A stretch of DNA of 64,000 nucleotides from Candidatus Coprovivens sp. (lineage in GTDB: Bacteria; Bacillota_I; Bacilli_A; RF39; UBA660), in assembly GCA_051892935.1 (NCBI GenBank), contig JBJFGS010000038.1:44477-108476 (forward strand). The letters run 5' to 3'. Positions 43,931-56,556 of this stretch are shown piece by piece. Each line of letters opens with the position of its first letter. The stretch's first letter is position 1. The position numbers and the translations under genes are program-made. The notes beneath the pieces were generated by a model. The model saw only the letters and a program-made list of their open reading frames with translations, did no database searches and was not told where the DNA came from.

Positions 43931-43976
43931 AATTATTCCTCCTACAATTAATTTTACCACATATAAAAAGATACAA

Positions 43977-44879
43977 TTACTTTTTTGTATCCCTTTTTAC
44001 AAAATCTTTCTTATTTATATCAATTGGATTAACATGAATAACTGTTAAATATATTTCTGGAACTTTTTCTCCTATTTCTTTCTCTAAATGATTAGCAATT
44101 TCATGACTATCAAAAGTACTCAAATTACCATCAACAAATATAGAAAAACTAACCTGAAATCTATATCCTACAGGAGTTGCATTAAAATGTTGAATTTTAT
44201 ATACCTCACTATGTTCATCAACTATTTTCAAAACTTTATCTTTTGTTTCTTTGCTAATTGATTTATCCATTAACACATCATAACTCTCTTGAAAAATTTT
44301 AAAACCAGTATAAATAATCCATAAAGATATTCCAATACCAACAATTCCATCTAACAAATAAAAACCATACAAAGAAGCAAAAGCAGCAATCAAATTGAAA
44401 GCAGTTATAACAACATCATTTCGATGGTCTTTACTATTAGCATCAACTAATAAATTATTATATTTTTTTCCAATACTATGTGTATATATAAATAAAATAA
44501 ACTTAGTACCAATAGTAATCAAACATACTATAACTAACCAAATAGTAAAATGATAATCATTTGGATTAAGTATTGCTTTAAACGAATCAATTAATAAAGT
44601 TAAACCTAATATCATCATAGTAATACTTATTAACATTGAATAAATATACTCAGCTTTACCATGTCCCAAATTATGATCATCATCTGCTTCTTTAGAAGCA
44701 ATTCTATTACCAACATAAGTCATAATAGAATTCAAAATATCAGAAGCACTATTCATAGCATCAGCTATCATAGCTTGACTTTTTGAAATAATACCTACAA
44801 TTATTTTAATAATAAATAAAAAAATATTTCCTACCATTCCCCATATACTAGCTCTATTTGCCGCTTTAAATCTATCCAT
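43977..44879 (-). CDS. Cation diffusion facilitator transporter
   Basis: S.A.IAD...S..D, D.DH..GHG.AE, DH..D, H.NP. Confidence 0.92.
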   Translation of the reverse strand: MDRFKAANRASIWGMVGNIFLFIIKIIVGIISKSQAMIADAMNSASDILNSIMTYVGNRIASKEADDDHNLGHGKAEYIYSMLISITMMILGLTLLIDSFKAILNPNDYHFTIWLVIVCLITIGTKFILFIYTHSIGKKYNNLLVDANSKDHRNDVVITAFNLIAAFASLYGFYLLDGIVGIGISLWIIYTGFKIFQESYDVLMDKSISKETKDKVLKIVDEHSEVYKIQHFNATPVGYRFQVSFSIFVDGNLSTFDSHEIANHLEKEIGEKVPEIYLTVIHVNPIDINKKDFVKRDTKK

Positions 44880-44921
44880 AATATCACCTTAACATTTTTA
44901 TGCCTATTAATTATATCACAT

Positions 44922-45650
44922 TTATCCTAAAGTAACATCAAGAATCATCATCAATAAAAAACCTATTAAAAACCCCAATATATTTTTTTTATCCTCAGAA
45001 TTAGATTCCGGAATCAATTCAATAACAACTACATAAAACATAGCTCCCGCCGCTAATGCTAATAAATAAGGTAAAATAATACTAACAATATTAGTAAATA
45101 TTAAAGTTACAATTGCTCCCACCAACTCAAATAAAGCAGAAACGAAACCATATAAAAAGGCCTTGTTCTTACTATATCCCCTTTTATATAACGGAAAAGA
45201 TACAATCGTTCCTTCTGGAAAATTTTGTATAGCAATACCGATTGATAAAGCATAAGCTCCAGCTAAAGAAAGACCACCAGCAATATAAGATGCAAAAGCA
45301 ATTCCAACTGCCATTCCCTCAGGTATATTATGCAAAGTAATTGCTAACATTAAATTATTGATTTTATCATCTTTTTTAATATCTCTTCTCTTTAATAAAA
45401 TATCTATAAAATAAAATAGAAAAATACCTAAAGTCATCCCAACCACAACTGGTATCCAGCATATTCCATTAGCCATTTCTAAAGAAGGAATAATTAAAGA
45501 CCATACGGAAGCAGCTACCATAACTCCAGCCGCAAATCCTAAAATTATATTCTCAAGTTTCTTATTTAAACTATTTTTTAAAAAATATACCATTACAGAA
45601 CCTAACAAAGTTCCAATAAATGGTATCAAAATACCAATTACTATTTTCAT
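44922..45650 (-). CDS. ZIP family metal transporter
   Basis: GFAAGVM.AAS, HNIPEG.A.G, QNFPEG, AAGAM..V...ELIPE. Confidence 0.93.
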   Translation of the reverse strand: MKIVIGILIPFIGTLLGSVMVYFLKNSLNKKLENIILGFAAGVMVAASVWSLIIPSLEMANGICWIPVVVGMTLGIFLFYFIDILLKRRDIKKDDKINNLMLAITLHNIPEGMAVGIAFASYIAGGLSLAGAYALSIGIAIQNFPEGTIVSFPLYKRGYSKNKAFLYGFVSALFELVGAIVTLIFTNIVSIILPYLLALAAGAMFYVVVIELIPESNSEDKKNILGFLIGFLLMMILDVTLG

Positions 45651-45708
45651 AAAAATCTCCTATCAATAATAGTCTATTCTTATTATAGTAAATGGAAACA
45701 ATTAACTT

Positions 45709-48122
<2,414 letters not shown>

Positions 48123-48123
48123 T

Positions 48124-48510
48124 CTATATTTCTCTCCTATCCTTAGAATCACACAATCGACAATGATTATGAATAACAACATTTATAGAATAGTTATCTT
48201 TTAACTCACTAACTATAAAGTCAAAATCAGTCGATAATAAAGCTAATTGACATCCATACATCAAAGTAAAATCCTTTGTATTCCTTTCTTCACTTAATTC
48301 AACTATAGCATCAACTATCTGCTTAAGATATCGTCCTGTAGAAAAATCAGAAGAAGAAGGACATAAAAAAGCTAACCTTCCCTCTTTCATTAACTGAACC
48401 ATTTGCGTACCTCTATGCCTTATACAATTCAAAGCACCAACAAACAACAACTGTGAATTTGGTGATGATATTAATAAATCCCTAATATCAAATTTATTTT
48501 TTCTATTCAT
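48124..48510 (-). CDS. Small Cys/His protein resembling the N-terminal domain of a component-1 subunit
   Basis: VG...C.RH, D...G, GCQ..LL.TD, H..C..C; stop abuts the next start. Confidence 0.6.
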   Translation of the reverse strand: MNRKNKFDIRDLLISSPNSQLLFVGALNCIRHRGTQMVQLMKEGRLAFLCPSSSDFSTGRYLKQIVDAIVELSEERNTKDFTLMYGCQLALLSTDFDFIVSELKDNYSINVVIHNHCRLCDSKDRREI

Positions 48511-48526
48511 TATTATTCCCCTTTAC

Positions 48527-48552
48527 AAATATCTAACATTTGTTAGATATTT
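48527..48552. promoter_or_regulatory. Palindromic operator, likely for the operon-encoded MarR
   Basis: AAATATCTAACA-TT-TGTTAGATATTT perfect 12-bp arms overlapping the -10 box. Confidence 0.7.
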
Positions 48553-48577
48553 TAAAATAAAAAAAACAATTTGTCAA
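48549..48577 (-). promoter_or_regulatory. Sigma-A promoter of the nifH-like operon
   Basis: TTGACA (48572-48577), 17-nt spacer, TAAAAT (48549-48554). Confidence 0.7.
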
Positions 48578-48605
48578 TAAAAAAAATATCATAAAAATGA
48601 TATTT

Positions 48606-49190
48606 CTATTCATCAATTATATTATTATCATCATCAAAAGAAATATTAATAACTTTACGACTAGCTAAAAAATCACACATATGAACAAACTTCTGTTCAG
48701 GAGTTTTAGGTAAAGGTAAAATAACATCGCTATACTCAGATGTATTAAACCTTCCCATATGACTAGCTATTGCAGAACATAAAAAATCCAAATCATCATC
48801 AGTTAATTTTAACTCATTTCTATATTTTCTAATAAACTCTCCTGCTACTAAAGGATGATCAAACAACGTATACTTACTTTCTATTTCACCTTTTTTTACA
48901 CTATCATGTAATACTAAAGCCATAATAATCAAGTCTTTTACTCTTTGAGGAAACTTATATATACCAAATAATTCATAAGCCATTCTAACTGCAGCTTTAG
49001 TATGTCTAACTAAACCACCATCACCTTGAGCATATTTAGGATGATATTTACCAGTAGATGCTGCAGGTATTGTAAAAAAATAATCTGGAATTTTCTCTAT
49101 CATTATCCTCAAAGAATCCCTTATATCTTCATCTTTTATATATACTAGCTCATTTTCAAAAACTTCCACTTTATTAATCATTTTTACCAC
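48606..49190 (-). CDS. HD-domain phosphohydrolase
   Basis: PA.STGKYHP, GGL.RHT, LHD..K, HP, SHMG, VH..D...SR. Confidence 0.85.
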   Translation of the reverse strand: MVKMINKVEVFENELVYIKDEDIRDSLRIMIEKIPDYFFTIPAASTGKYHPKYAQGDGGLVRHTKAAVRMAYELFGIYKFPQRVKDLIIMALVLHDSVKKGEIESKYTLFDHPLVAGEFIRKYRNELKLTDDDLDFLCSAIASHMGRFNTSEYSDVILPLPKTPEQKFVHMCDFLASRKVINISFDDDNNIIDE

Positions 49191-49198
49191 CGAAATAA

Positions 49199-49831
49199 TT
49201 ATACCATATTTTTACCATTTCCAGTTTGTCTTTTATAAGTCATAGACATCTCACTCGGTTCAAACCCCTGTTTCTTATAATCATTAATAACTTGTAATAT
49301 TTGTTCTAACATATCCCTAGAAAGACAATACTTTCCTATATCTTCAGGAGGAACTATAAAACCATCTGTATAATTATCATTATCAAAATATTTAAAATCA
49401 CTCAAATTCTTAAGATAATATTCAGTAGCTAAACATTCTAACACTTCATTACCCAAAACAACTAAATATAATTTATTATATATATAATAACCAAATTCAG
49501 CAATTAGTACTAACAAAGTAATTATAATTTTCATAATAATGTGAATATCAAGATTATAAAGAAAAAACAATCCTACTATTCCACCAATAAAAGCACTATA
49601 CTTTTTTACAAAAGTAAAAAAACTATCTTTTGATAAGTCATCCATATAAGGTCCAATATTATCACTCGCATTTTCAATCATTCGATTACGATAAAAACCT
49701 AAATTATGCAATGAAAAAGGTTCAGTAGTAATAGAACCATCCGCCCTAGTTACTCTAATTTCTTTATCATCATAATCAATATCAGTAATAAAATATTGTT
49801 TATCATTTTCTTCCATTGTTAAATCTATCAT
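49199..49831 (-). CDS. Orphan two-TM protein, paralog 3
   Basis: MIDLT...FSLHN motif shared with both neighbours. Confidence 0.75.
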   Translation of the reverse strand: MIDLTMEENDKQYFITDIDYDDKEIRVTRADGSITTEPFSLHNLGFYRNRMIENASDNIGPYMDDLSKDSFFTFVKKYSAFIGGIVGLFFLYNLDIHIIMKIIITLLVLIAEFGYYIYNKLYLVVLGNEVLECLATEYYLKNLSDFKYFDNDNYTDGFIVPPEDIGKYCLSRDMLEQILQVINDYKKQGFEPSEMSMTYKRQTGNGKNMV

Positions 49832-49842
49832 ACAAACTCTCC

Positions 49843-50472
49843 TTACATAGACATAACTTTTCTTAAAACATTTTCAGTTATTTCTCTTTCTGAATTCTTT
49901 ACATCATCGGTCATATATTCAGAAAGAAAATTTAATTCTTCAATTCCATATAATTGTTCAATACCAGATAAACTAAATAAATACCAATCCTCCTCTTGTC
50001 CCGATTTAGGATCAGTAATACTAATTCTAAATTTATCTTTCATTTCTAAAAATCTATCAGCAATACGTATAACTTCAACATTAGTACGACTATAATTAAT
50101 AATCTTACTATATGCTACTTGATACAAAAAAGTATATATAGACAATAAACAAACAATAATACCTTGAATAATTTCAGGTAAAGGTAAATTAACAGTTAAA
50201 AAAACTCCTAAAATTGCAATTAATGCTTCTATTAATTTACTTGCTTGAACTTTCCCTTGAAGTTTCAAATTATTTTTAACATATTCTTCTCTAAATTGTA
50301 AATATTGCTCTTCCATTTTATATAAGCTTTGATTAAAATTATGGATTGAAAAATCTTCCTCTACAATTCGTCCACTCGCATATTTTACAACATACTTACT
50401 ATCTCTGTCTTTTAAATATAAATTTGTAATAAATTCATCTCTGTCTTTTTCATTTAAAGTTAAATCTATCAT
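49843..50472 (-). CDS. Orphan two-TM protein, paralog 2
   Basis: MIDLTL...ASGR...FSIHNF...MEEQ. Confidence 0.75.
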   Translation of the reverse strand: MIDLTLNEKDRDEFITNLYLKDRDSKYVVKYASGRIVEEDFSIHNFNQSLYKMEEQYLQFREEYVKNNLKLQGKVQASKLIEALIAILGVFLTVNLPLPEIIQGIIVCLLSIYTFLYQVAYSKIINYSRTNVEVIRIADRFLEMKDKFRISITDPKSGQEEDWYLFSLSGIEQLYGIEELNFLSEYMTDDVKNSEREITENVLRKVMSM

Positions 50473-51104
50473 TTAACAAAACCACCTTCAACACATTTAT
50501 TTAATTTCAATGTTATTTCTTCTGATTTTTGCAATTTCACTTCATCAGTTAAATCAACTAAATAATTATTTAATTCATCTTCATCTTTAAAATTATCAAT
50601 ACTAGCCATATCAACTAAATACCATTCATCTAAATCACCAGTATGTGGATTTATAACATCTACCTTAAACTGATCTTTATTTTCTAAATACAATTTAATT
50701 AATGCAATTTTTCTCTTAGCATCAACATATAGTTTTCTAGACTTTAAATGTGGAACTAATCTAGTAACTAACATATAAATCGCATATCCTAAACACCAAC
50801 CTCTAGCAAAATTTAAACCCTCATCCAAAATAAATTTTAAATAAGCAACATCAGCAACCAACATCATTGCAAGCAAACCACTTCTTATTCCTCCATTAGG
50901 ATAAATTTTTTCCAGATAATCTTTACCATATAATTCAAATTGTTCTTCCATTCTATAAAGTTCAACTTGAAAATTATGAATACTAAAAGGATATGTCTCA
51001 TTTCTCCCACTAGCAAAGAAAACTGTATAAGTACCATTATCATTCATAACAACATCTACTATATAAGAATCCTTATCATCCTGTTTTAATGTTAAATCAA
51101 ACAT
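50469..51104 (-). CDS. Orphan two-TM protein, paralog 1
   Basis: MFDLTL...ASGR...FSIHNF...MEEQ. Confidence 0.75.
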   Translation of the reverse strand: MFDLTLKQDDKDSYIVDVVMNDNGTYTVFFASGRNETYPFSIHNFQVELYRMEEQFELYGKDYLEKIYPNGGIRSGLLAMMLVADVAYLKFILDEGLNFARGWCLGYAIYMLVTRLVPHLKSRKLYVDAKRKIALIKLYLENKDQFKVDVINPHTGDLDEWYLVDMASIDNFKDEDELNNYLVDLTDEVKLQKSEEITLKLNKCVEGGFVK

Positions 51105-51175
51105 TCAAAACACCCCTTTAAAATAGTAAAAATTATTTTACATTCAAAAAATAAAAAAAGCAAGAAATTTCTTCC

Positions 51176-52972
51176 TTACTTATCAGCTTTTAAAACAGCT
51201 AAGAATGCTTCTTGTGGTACTTCTACTTTACCAACCATTTTCATTCTCTTCTTACCTTCTTTTTGTTTTTCAAGTAATTTCTTTTTACGTGAAATATCTC
51301 CACCATAACATTTAGCTAAAACATTTTTTCTTAATGCAGCAATATTTTCTCTTGCAATAACTTTACTGCCAATACTAGCTTGAAGTGGCACTTGAAACAT
51401 TTGTCTAGGAATAATAGTACGTAAGTTTTCAACAATCTTCTTACCTCTTTCATAAGCAAAATCCTTATGAACAATAACACTTAAAGCATCAACAGTATCT
51501 CCATTAATTAAAATATCCATTTTAACCAAATCAGATACTTTATAACCACATAATTCATAATCAAATGATGCGTATCCTTTAGTCATACTCTTTAATCTAT
51601 CAAAGAAATCATAAACTATTTCTGCAAGAGGTATTTCGTAATGAATATTAACTCTTGTAGGATCAATATATTCCATACCTACATAATTACCTCTTTTATC
51701 CTGACATAATTCCATAATAGGTCCAATATAATCACTAGGAACAAATATATTAGTTCTAACATATGGTTCTTTAATACTATTAATTCTTCCCCTATCAGGT
51801 AATTTCGATGGACAATCAACTTCTATAATCTCTCCATTAGTAAGTTCAACTTCATAAATAACAGATGGACTGGTTGCAATAACATCTAAATCAAATTCTC
51901 TTTCTAATCTAGTCATTATTATATCCATATGTAAAAGTCCTAAAAAACCTGTTCTAAAGCCAAAACCTAAAGCCTCAGAAGTCTCTGGTTCAAAAGATAA
52001 ACTTGCATCATTAAGCTGTAGTTTTTCTAGTGCTTCTCTAAGCGCAGGAAATTTATTTGGTTCCACAGGAAATATACCACTATACACCATTGGTTTCATA
52101 GGTTTATAGCCAGGTAATTGTTCCTTCGCTTCATTTCTTATAACAGTAAGAGTATCTCCCACTCTAACACTTTTTATGTCTTTAATAGAAGCACTTATCC
52201 ATCCTACTTCACCAGAAACTAATTCATTTCTTAATTCTTCTTTAGGATGACTAACACCCAACTCAACAATTCCATAACTATCTCCAGTAGCTAGCATTTT
52301 CATCGTATCTTTAGAAGAAATTTTTCCATCAAAAACTCTAACCAAAGCTATAACTCCTCTATAAGCATCAAAATGACTATCAAATACTAACGCTCTAGTA
52401 GGAGAATCATTATTAATCTTTGGAGCTGGAACTCTTTCTATAATAGCTTGTATAAGCTCTTCAACACCTTGGCCAGTTTTACCACTACAGAGAATTACTT
52501 CATCCTCATTAAAACCCAAAACATCCTTTAATTCTTTTAATACTTTAGGAATATCAGCATTAGGTAAATCAATCTTATTTATAACAGGAATAATAACCAA
52601 ATCATTACTCATTGCCAAATATAGATTCGCTAAAGTTTGTGCCTCTATTCCTTGAGCAGCATCTACTACTAAAACTGCACCTTCACAAGCAGCTAAACTT
52701 CTTGATACCTCATAACTAAAATCAACATGACCTGGAGTATCTATTAAATGCAATGTATAATCTTCATTTTTATAATTATATTTTAATTGTACAGCATTTA
52801 ACTTAATAGTAATTCCTCTTTCTCTTTCTAATTCCATACTATCAAGTATTTGTGATTTCATATCATGCTTATCTACTCCACCTGTAATTTCAAGAATTCT
52901 ATCAGCTAAAGTACTCTTACCATGATCAATATGTGCTATTATACTAAAATTTCTAATATTCTCCTGTTTCAT
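51176..52972 (-). CDS. lepA: Translation elongation factor 4
   Basis: [38 protein letters not shown]. Confidence 0.97.
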   Translation of the reverse strand: MKQENIRNFSIIAHIDHGKSTLADRILEITGGVDKHDMKSQILDSMELERERGITIKLNAVQLKYNYKNEDYTLHLIDTPGHVDFSYEVSRSLAACEGAVLVVDAAQGIEAQTLANLYLAMSNDLVIIPVINKIDLPNADIPKVLKELKDVLGFNEDEVILCSGKTGQGVEELIQAIIERVPAPKINNDSPTRALVFDSHFDAYRGVIALVRVFDGKISSKDTMKMLATGDSYGIVELGVSHPKEELRNELVSGEVGWISASIKDIKSVRVGDTLTVIRNEAKEQLPGYKPMKPMVYSGIFPVEPNKFPALREALEKLQLNDASLSFEPETSEALGFGFRTGFLGLLHMDIIMTRLEREFDLDVIATSPSVIYEVELTNGEIIEVDCPSKLPDRGRINSIKEPYVRTNIFVPSDYIGPIMELCQDKRGNYVGMEYIDPTRVNIHYEIPLAEIVYDFFDRLKSMTKGYASFDYELCGYKVSDLVKMDILINGDTVDALSVIVHKDFAYERGKKIVENLRTIIPRQMFQVPLQASIGSKVIARENIAALRKNVLAKCYGGDISRKKKLLEKQKEGKKRMKMVGKVEVPQEAFLAVLKADK

Positions 52973-53072
52973 AAAATCACCTATCAACGATTATAACAAA
53001 AAAATATAAAACTTACCATAGTTATTAAAAATCAAAAAAAGAATTCACTATTTTAGTAAATTCTCCTATCAT

Positions 53073-53360
53073 TTATTTTACTTTATTAGTAGTTTGAACT
53101 TCAATACTTTTTTCTTTATATCCATCAATAAAAGAATAAGGATAAGTTCTATTTAAGTATGAAGCTGCTTCTTCACTATGATTTCTCATATTATCATTTA
53201 ACGGAGTAGTTCCATATTGTTCTAAGAAATTCTTTTCAAAATTAAATATTCTCATTCCAACATTCATTGACATATCCAAAGGATATTCTTCTCCTTCTAA
53301 ATAAGCTACTATATATTTTTTAGCCAATAAATTTTGCATTTCAATAACGTTTACCATCAT
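53073..53360 (-). CDS. Hypothetical protein
   Basis: 95-aa ORF with RBS GGGGGA. Confidence 0.65.
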   Translation of the reverse strand: MMVNVIEMQNLLAKKYIVAYLEGEEYPLDMSMNVGMRIFNFEKNFLEQYGTTPLNDNMRNHSEEAASYLNRTYPYSFIDGYKEKSIEVQTTNKVK

Positions 53361-53447
53361 AATCCCCCTAATTCACTGATAGTATACAACATTTTCTAAA
53401 AATTTCAAATTCTTCCTAAAAAAATTAAGTAACTCTTATTACTTAAT

Positions 53448-54992
53448 TTATTTTTCTTCATGATATTCTTTTTCTACATTAACATTCCATATAACATTCT
53501 TATCACTTTTATTACCTAAAATAACATCTACAGTCTCAAAAGCAGTCATCATCGAATGATCCATATTATTATACCTATGTTGACCATTTCGACCAATACA
53601 ATATAAATTATCAAATTTATTTAAATAAGAAATTACTTTATCAATTTCACTATATGTATCAAAATAAGCAGGATATGCTTTCTTAACCTGTTCTCTATGT
53701 GAATCTAAAACATCATCTTTATCTATAATTCCCATCGATACCAATTCATTAACTGCAAATTTTACAGTATCCTTCTCTGATAAATTCCAAAAATCATCAT
53801 TTTCATTACAAAAATACTCTAAGCCAATCCAAACAGTATCCATTGGATTTTTCACCATATAAGGACTCCAATTATTAAATACTTGTATTCTTCCCATTTT
53901 TACATCATTTTCTTGTACATATATCCAACAATCAGGAACAATATTATTTAGTGTCTTTTTATCTGTCTCATTTTTTAAATTTAACTTTTTAACAAGTAAT
54001 CCAACCGTAACAAAATCCCTATATGGTAATCCATTAGCTATTTTAGAAATATTTAGCGGAACCTTATTCATTCCATTGATTAAATCTTTTATAGGCATAG
54101 AAGATATAAATATATCCCCTTCAACAATCTCCTCCTTATCTCCAACTACACAAGTTAAAGATTCAACTTTATTTTTTTCTATCTTAATTTTCTCAACTCT
54201 ATAATTTAAAAGAACTTTACCACCCATTTTCTCAATTTCTTTCGCAACCTGTTCCCACAATTGACCTGGTCCAAATTTAGGATAATAATATTCCTCAATT
54301 AATGAAGTTTCCTGTTTTTTAGACTTAATATGAAAAAGTTTATTAAAAGCATCTTTTAATACAGCAATAATAGAAATTCCTTTAACTCTTTGTGCTCCCC
54401 AATCAGCTGATATTTCCTTAGGATGTCTCCCCCATAGTTTTTCTGTATATCCTTCAAAAAACATACTATATAGTTTTTTCCCAAATCTATTAATATAAAA
54501 GTTTTCTAATGAATCTTCTCTTTTCTTTATTAATAAACTTTTTAAATAACTAAAACCACTTTGCATCGTTCTAACAAAGCCCATATTTTTTAAAGTTTCT
54601 AACTTTAAACTAATTGGATAATCAAAAAATTTCTTTAGGTAATATATTCTAGATACTCTTTCCCTAATAAGCATTACATTATTTTCTTTTTCAGGATCTG
54701 GTCCATTTTTACTTAGTTTTTTCTTCCTTTTTAATTTTTTATCATCAAAAGATGGCTTTCCTTGAAGAGGCATTATTTCATTCCAAAAATCATTCACTTT
54801 TTCGCTTTTAGAAAAAAATCTATGACCTCCTAAATCCATCCTATTACCCTTATACTTAATTGTTTTAGAAATACCACCAACTTGTTTTTGTTCCTCTAAA
54901 ATAACAACCTCGAAATCTTTAGAACTTTTTAACAATTCATACGCAGCAGTTAAACCAGCTGGTCCTCCACCAATAATAACAACTTTTTTCAC
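53448..54992 (-). CDS. FAD-dependent oxidoreductase (protoporphyrinogen oxidase / UDP-galactopyranose mutase-like)
   Basis: [35 protein letters not shown]. Confidence 0.88.
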   Translation of the reverse strand: MKKVVIIGGGPAGLTAAYELLKSSKDFEVVILEEQKQVGGISKTIKYKGNRMDLGGHRFFSKSEKVNDFWNEIMPLQGKPSFDDKKLKRKKKLSKNGPDPEKENNVMLIRERVSRIYYLKKFFDYPISLKLETLKNMGFVRTMQSGFSYLKSLLIKKREDSLENFYINRFGKKLYSMFFEGYTEKLWGRHPKEISADWGAQRVKGISIIAVLKDAFNKLFHIKSKKQETSLIEEYYYPKFGPGQLWEQVAKEIEKMGGKVLLNYRVEKIKIEKNKVESLTCVVGDKEEIVEGDIFISSMPIKDLINGMNKVPLNISKIANGLPYRDFVTVGLLVKKLNLKNETDKKTLNNIVPDCWIYVQENDVKMGRIQVFNNWSPYMVKNPMDTVWIGLEYFCNENDDFWNLSEKDTVKFAVNELVSMGIIDKDDVLDSHREQVKKAYPAYFDTYSEIDKVISYLNKFDNLYCIGRNGQHRYNNMDHSMMTAFETVDVILGNKSDKNVIWNVNVEKEYHEEK

Positions 54993-56512
54993 TCCAAAAC
55001 CTCCATATTTTTTCTAGTATATAACATCCATTTCAACTCAACATCATATCCAATATTATCACTATATACCAAATCATATTGATCACAATCTTCTAAATAT
55101 CTATTAAAATTAGAAAAATCATAAACCATAATATGAGTAAACTTATATTTATCAATAAATTTATCAAAATCAAAGTTTACATCTGATTCAATAGCAACTG
55201 CCTCATCAAAAATATCATCTTTACCATTAAATCTTTTAAAGAACAACTCTGCCCTACCATCAATATAAGATTTTAATCCTAAATATTCAGCATAACCACC
55301 TGTATTAAAAGAAATATATAAAGAAACATCATCCTTATTATAATTCTCTAATAAATAATTCAATGTATCAGTTGTCTTATACTTTTCTGTAAATGAATAC
55401 GTACTATAAGAATAATAAATAGTATATATTAACGTTCCAAATAGAAAGATTCCAAAACCAATAGAAAGTCCATTAATTAACGATCTAATAATTTTATTAT
55501 TAACAAAACTAAAAGTAAATCCTATACCTCTTATAGAATACATAAAAACATAAGAAAAAATTAAAACAAATAATGGATAACATTTACAATGCATAAATCC
55601 AAGTAAAGTTAAACCACATACAAATAAAATATGTCTAATATCAATTTTTAAATCTCTTTTTACAGATATTAATAACATAAAAAATATAATAAAACAAAAA
55701 ACAACCTTACCTTGGTAATAATCCCAAGAAATCGAATACATCTCTCCAACAACATTATTAATAGAAGCAATTCCATAAGATTTAAATATATAAGTTAATG
55801 CCTCATAACCATAGGGATTTAAAAAACCAACCAAAAACATTAGTAATGCAACAATTAAAATTGGTTTTAATTCGTATCTATCAACTTTTAGTTTTTCTAT
55901 AAATCTAAGTTTCTTCCATTTTATACCATTTAGTATAAACGGTAATAAAAAAACAAATTGAAAATACCACATTGCAGTATGCATATTTATAATTAATAAA
56001 GATAAAAAAGGCAACGGATATAAATATTTATTATTCTTCTTTTTTATAAATAACTCAACCAATAAGATTTCTAAAATTAAAATAGTATAAGAAATTATTT
56101 GTGGTCTTAAAACAATATATTGATATATTAAACAAAAAACTAAAGATGAAACAATTACAGAAATTTTTTTCTTTTCAGAAACAACATAACATAATTTATA
56201 AAATATATACATAAATAAAAAAGAAAAAATATATACAAATACTAATAAAGATTTATAACCAAAATAATGAAATACCCCCCAAAACAATGCTGATGTCCCC
56301 CATTGTTGCATAACATACTTTAATCCTTCATGTATAGTAAATGGATCGATATGAGGAATTCCATATTCAAATATATATCTACCATTATTTAATATAAACC
56401 ATATATCATTATCAGGTTGCTTATTATAAAAACATATTAATACAAAAGGTATAACAAAAAAAACAAAAATCCAATTATCTTTTATAAAACTCTTAAACTT
56501 ATTCACTACCAT
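54989..56512 (-). CDS. Multi-pass membrane protein, GT-C-like glycosyltransferase candidate
   Basis: D.D.W....G..I...IP..DPF, RPQ, N.H, NPYG, YIDGRAE. Confidence 0.65.
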   Translation of the reverse strand: MVVNKFKSFIKDNWIFVFFVIPFVLICFYNKQPDNDIWFILNNGRYIFEYGIPHIDPFTIHEGLKYVMQQWGTSALFWGVFHYFGYKSLLVFVYIFSFLFMYIFYKLCYVVSEKKKISVIVSSLVFCLIYQYIVLRPQIISYTILILEILLVELFIKKKNNKYLYPLPFLSLLIINMHTAMWYFQFVFLLPFILNGIKWKKLRFIEKLKVDRYELKPILIVALLMFLVGFLNPYGYEALTYIFKSYGIASINNVVGEMYSISWDYYQGKVVFCFIIFFMLLISVKRDLKIDIRHILFVCGLTLLGFMHCKCYPLFVLIFSYVFMYSIRGIGFTFSFVNNKIIRSLINGLSIGFGIFLFGTLIYTIYYSYSTYSFTEKYKTTDTLNYLLENYNKDDVSLYISFNTGGYAEYLGLKSYIDGRAELFFKRFNGKDDIFDEAVAIESDVNFDFDKFIDKYKFTHIMVYDFSNFNRYLEDCDQYDLVYSDNIGYDVELKWMLYTRKNMEVLE

Positions 56513-56556
56513 ACACCTCTAATTTATTATAGCATAAAAAAAGAAGAGTTAAAATT

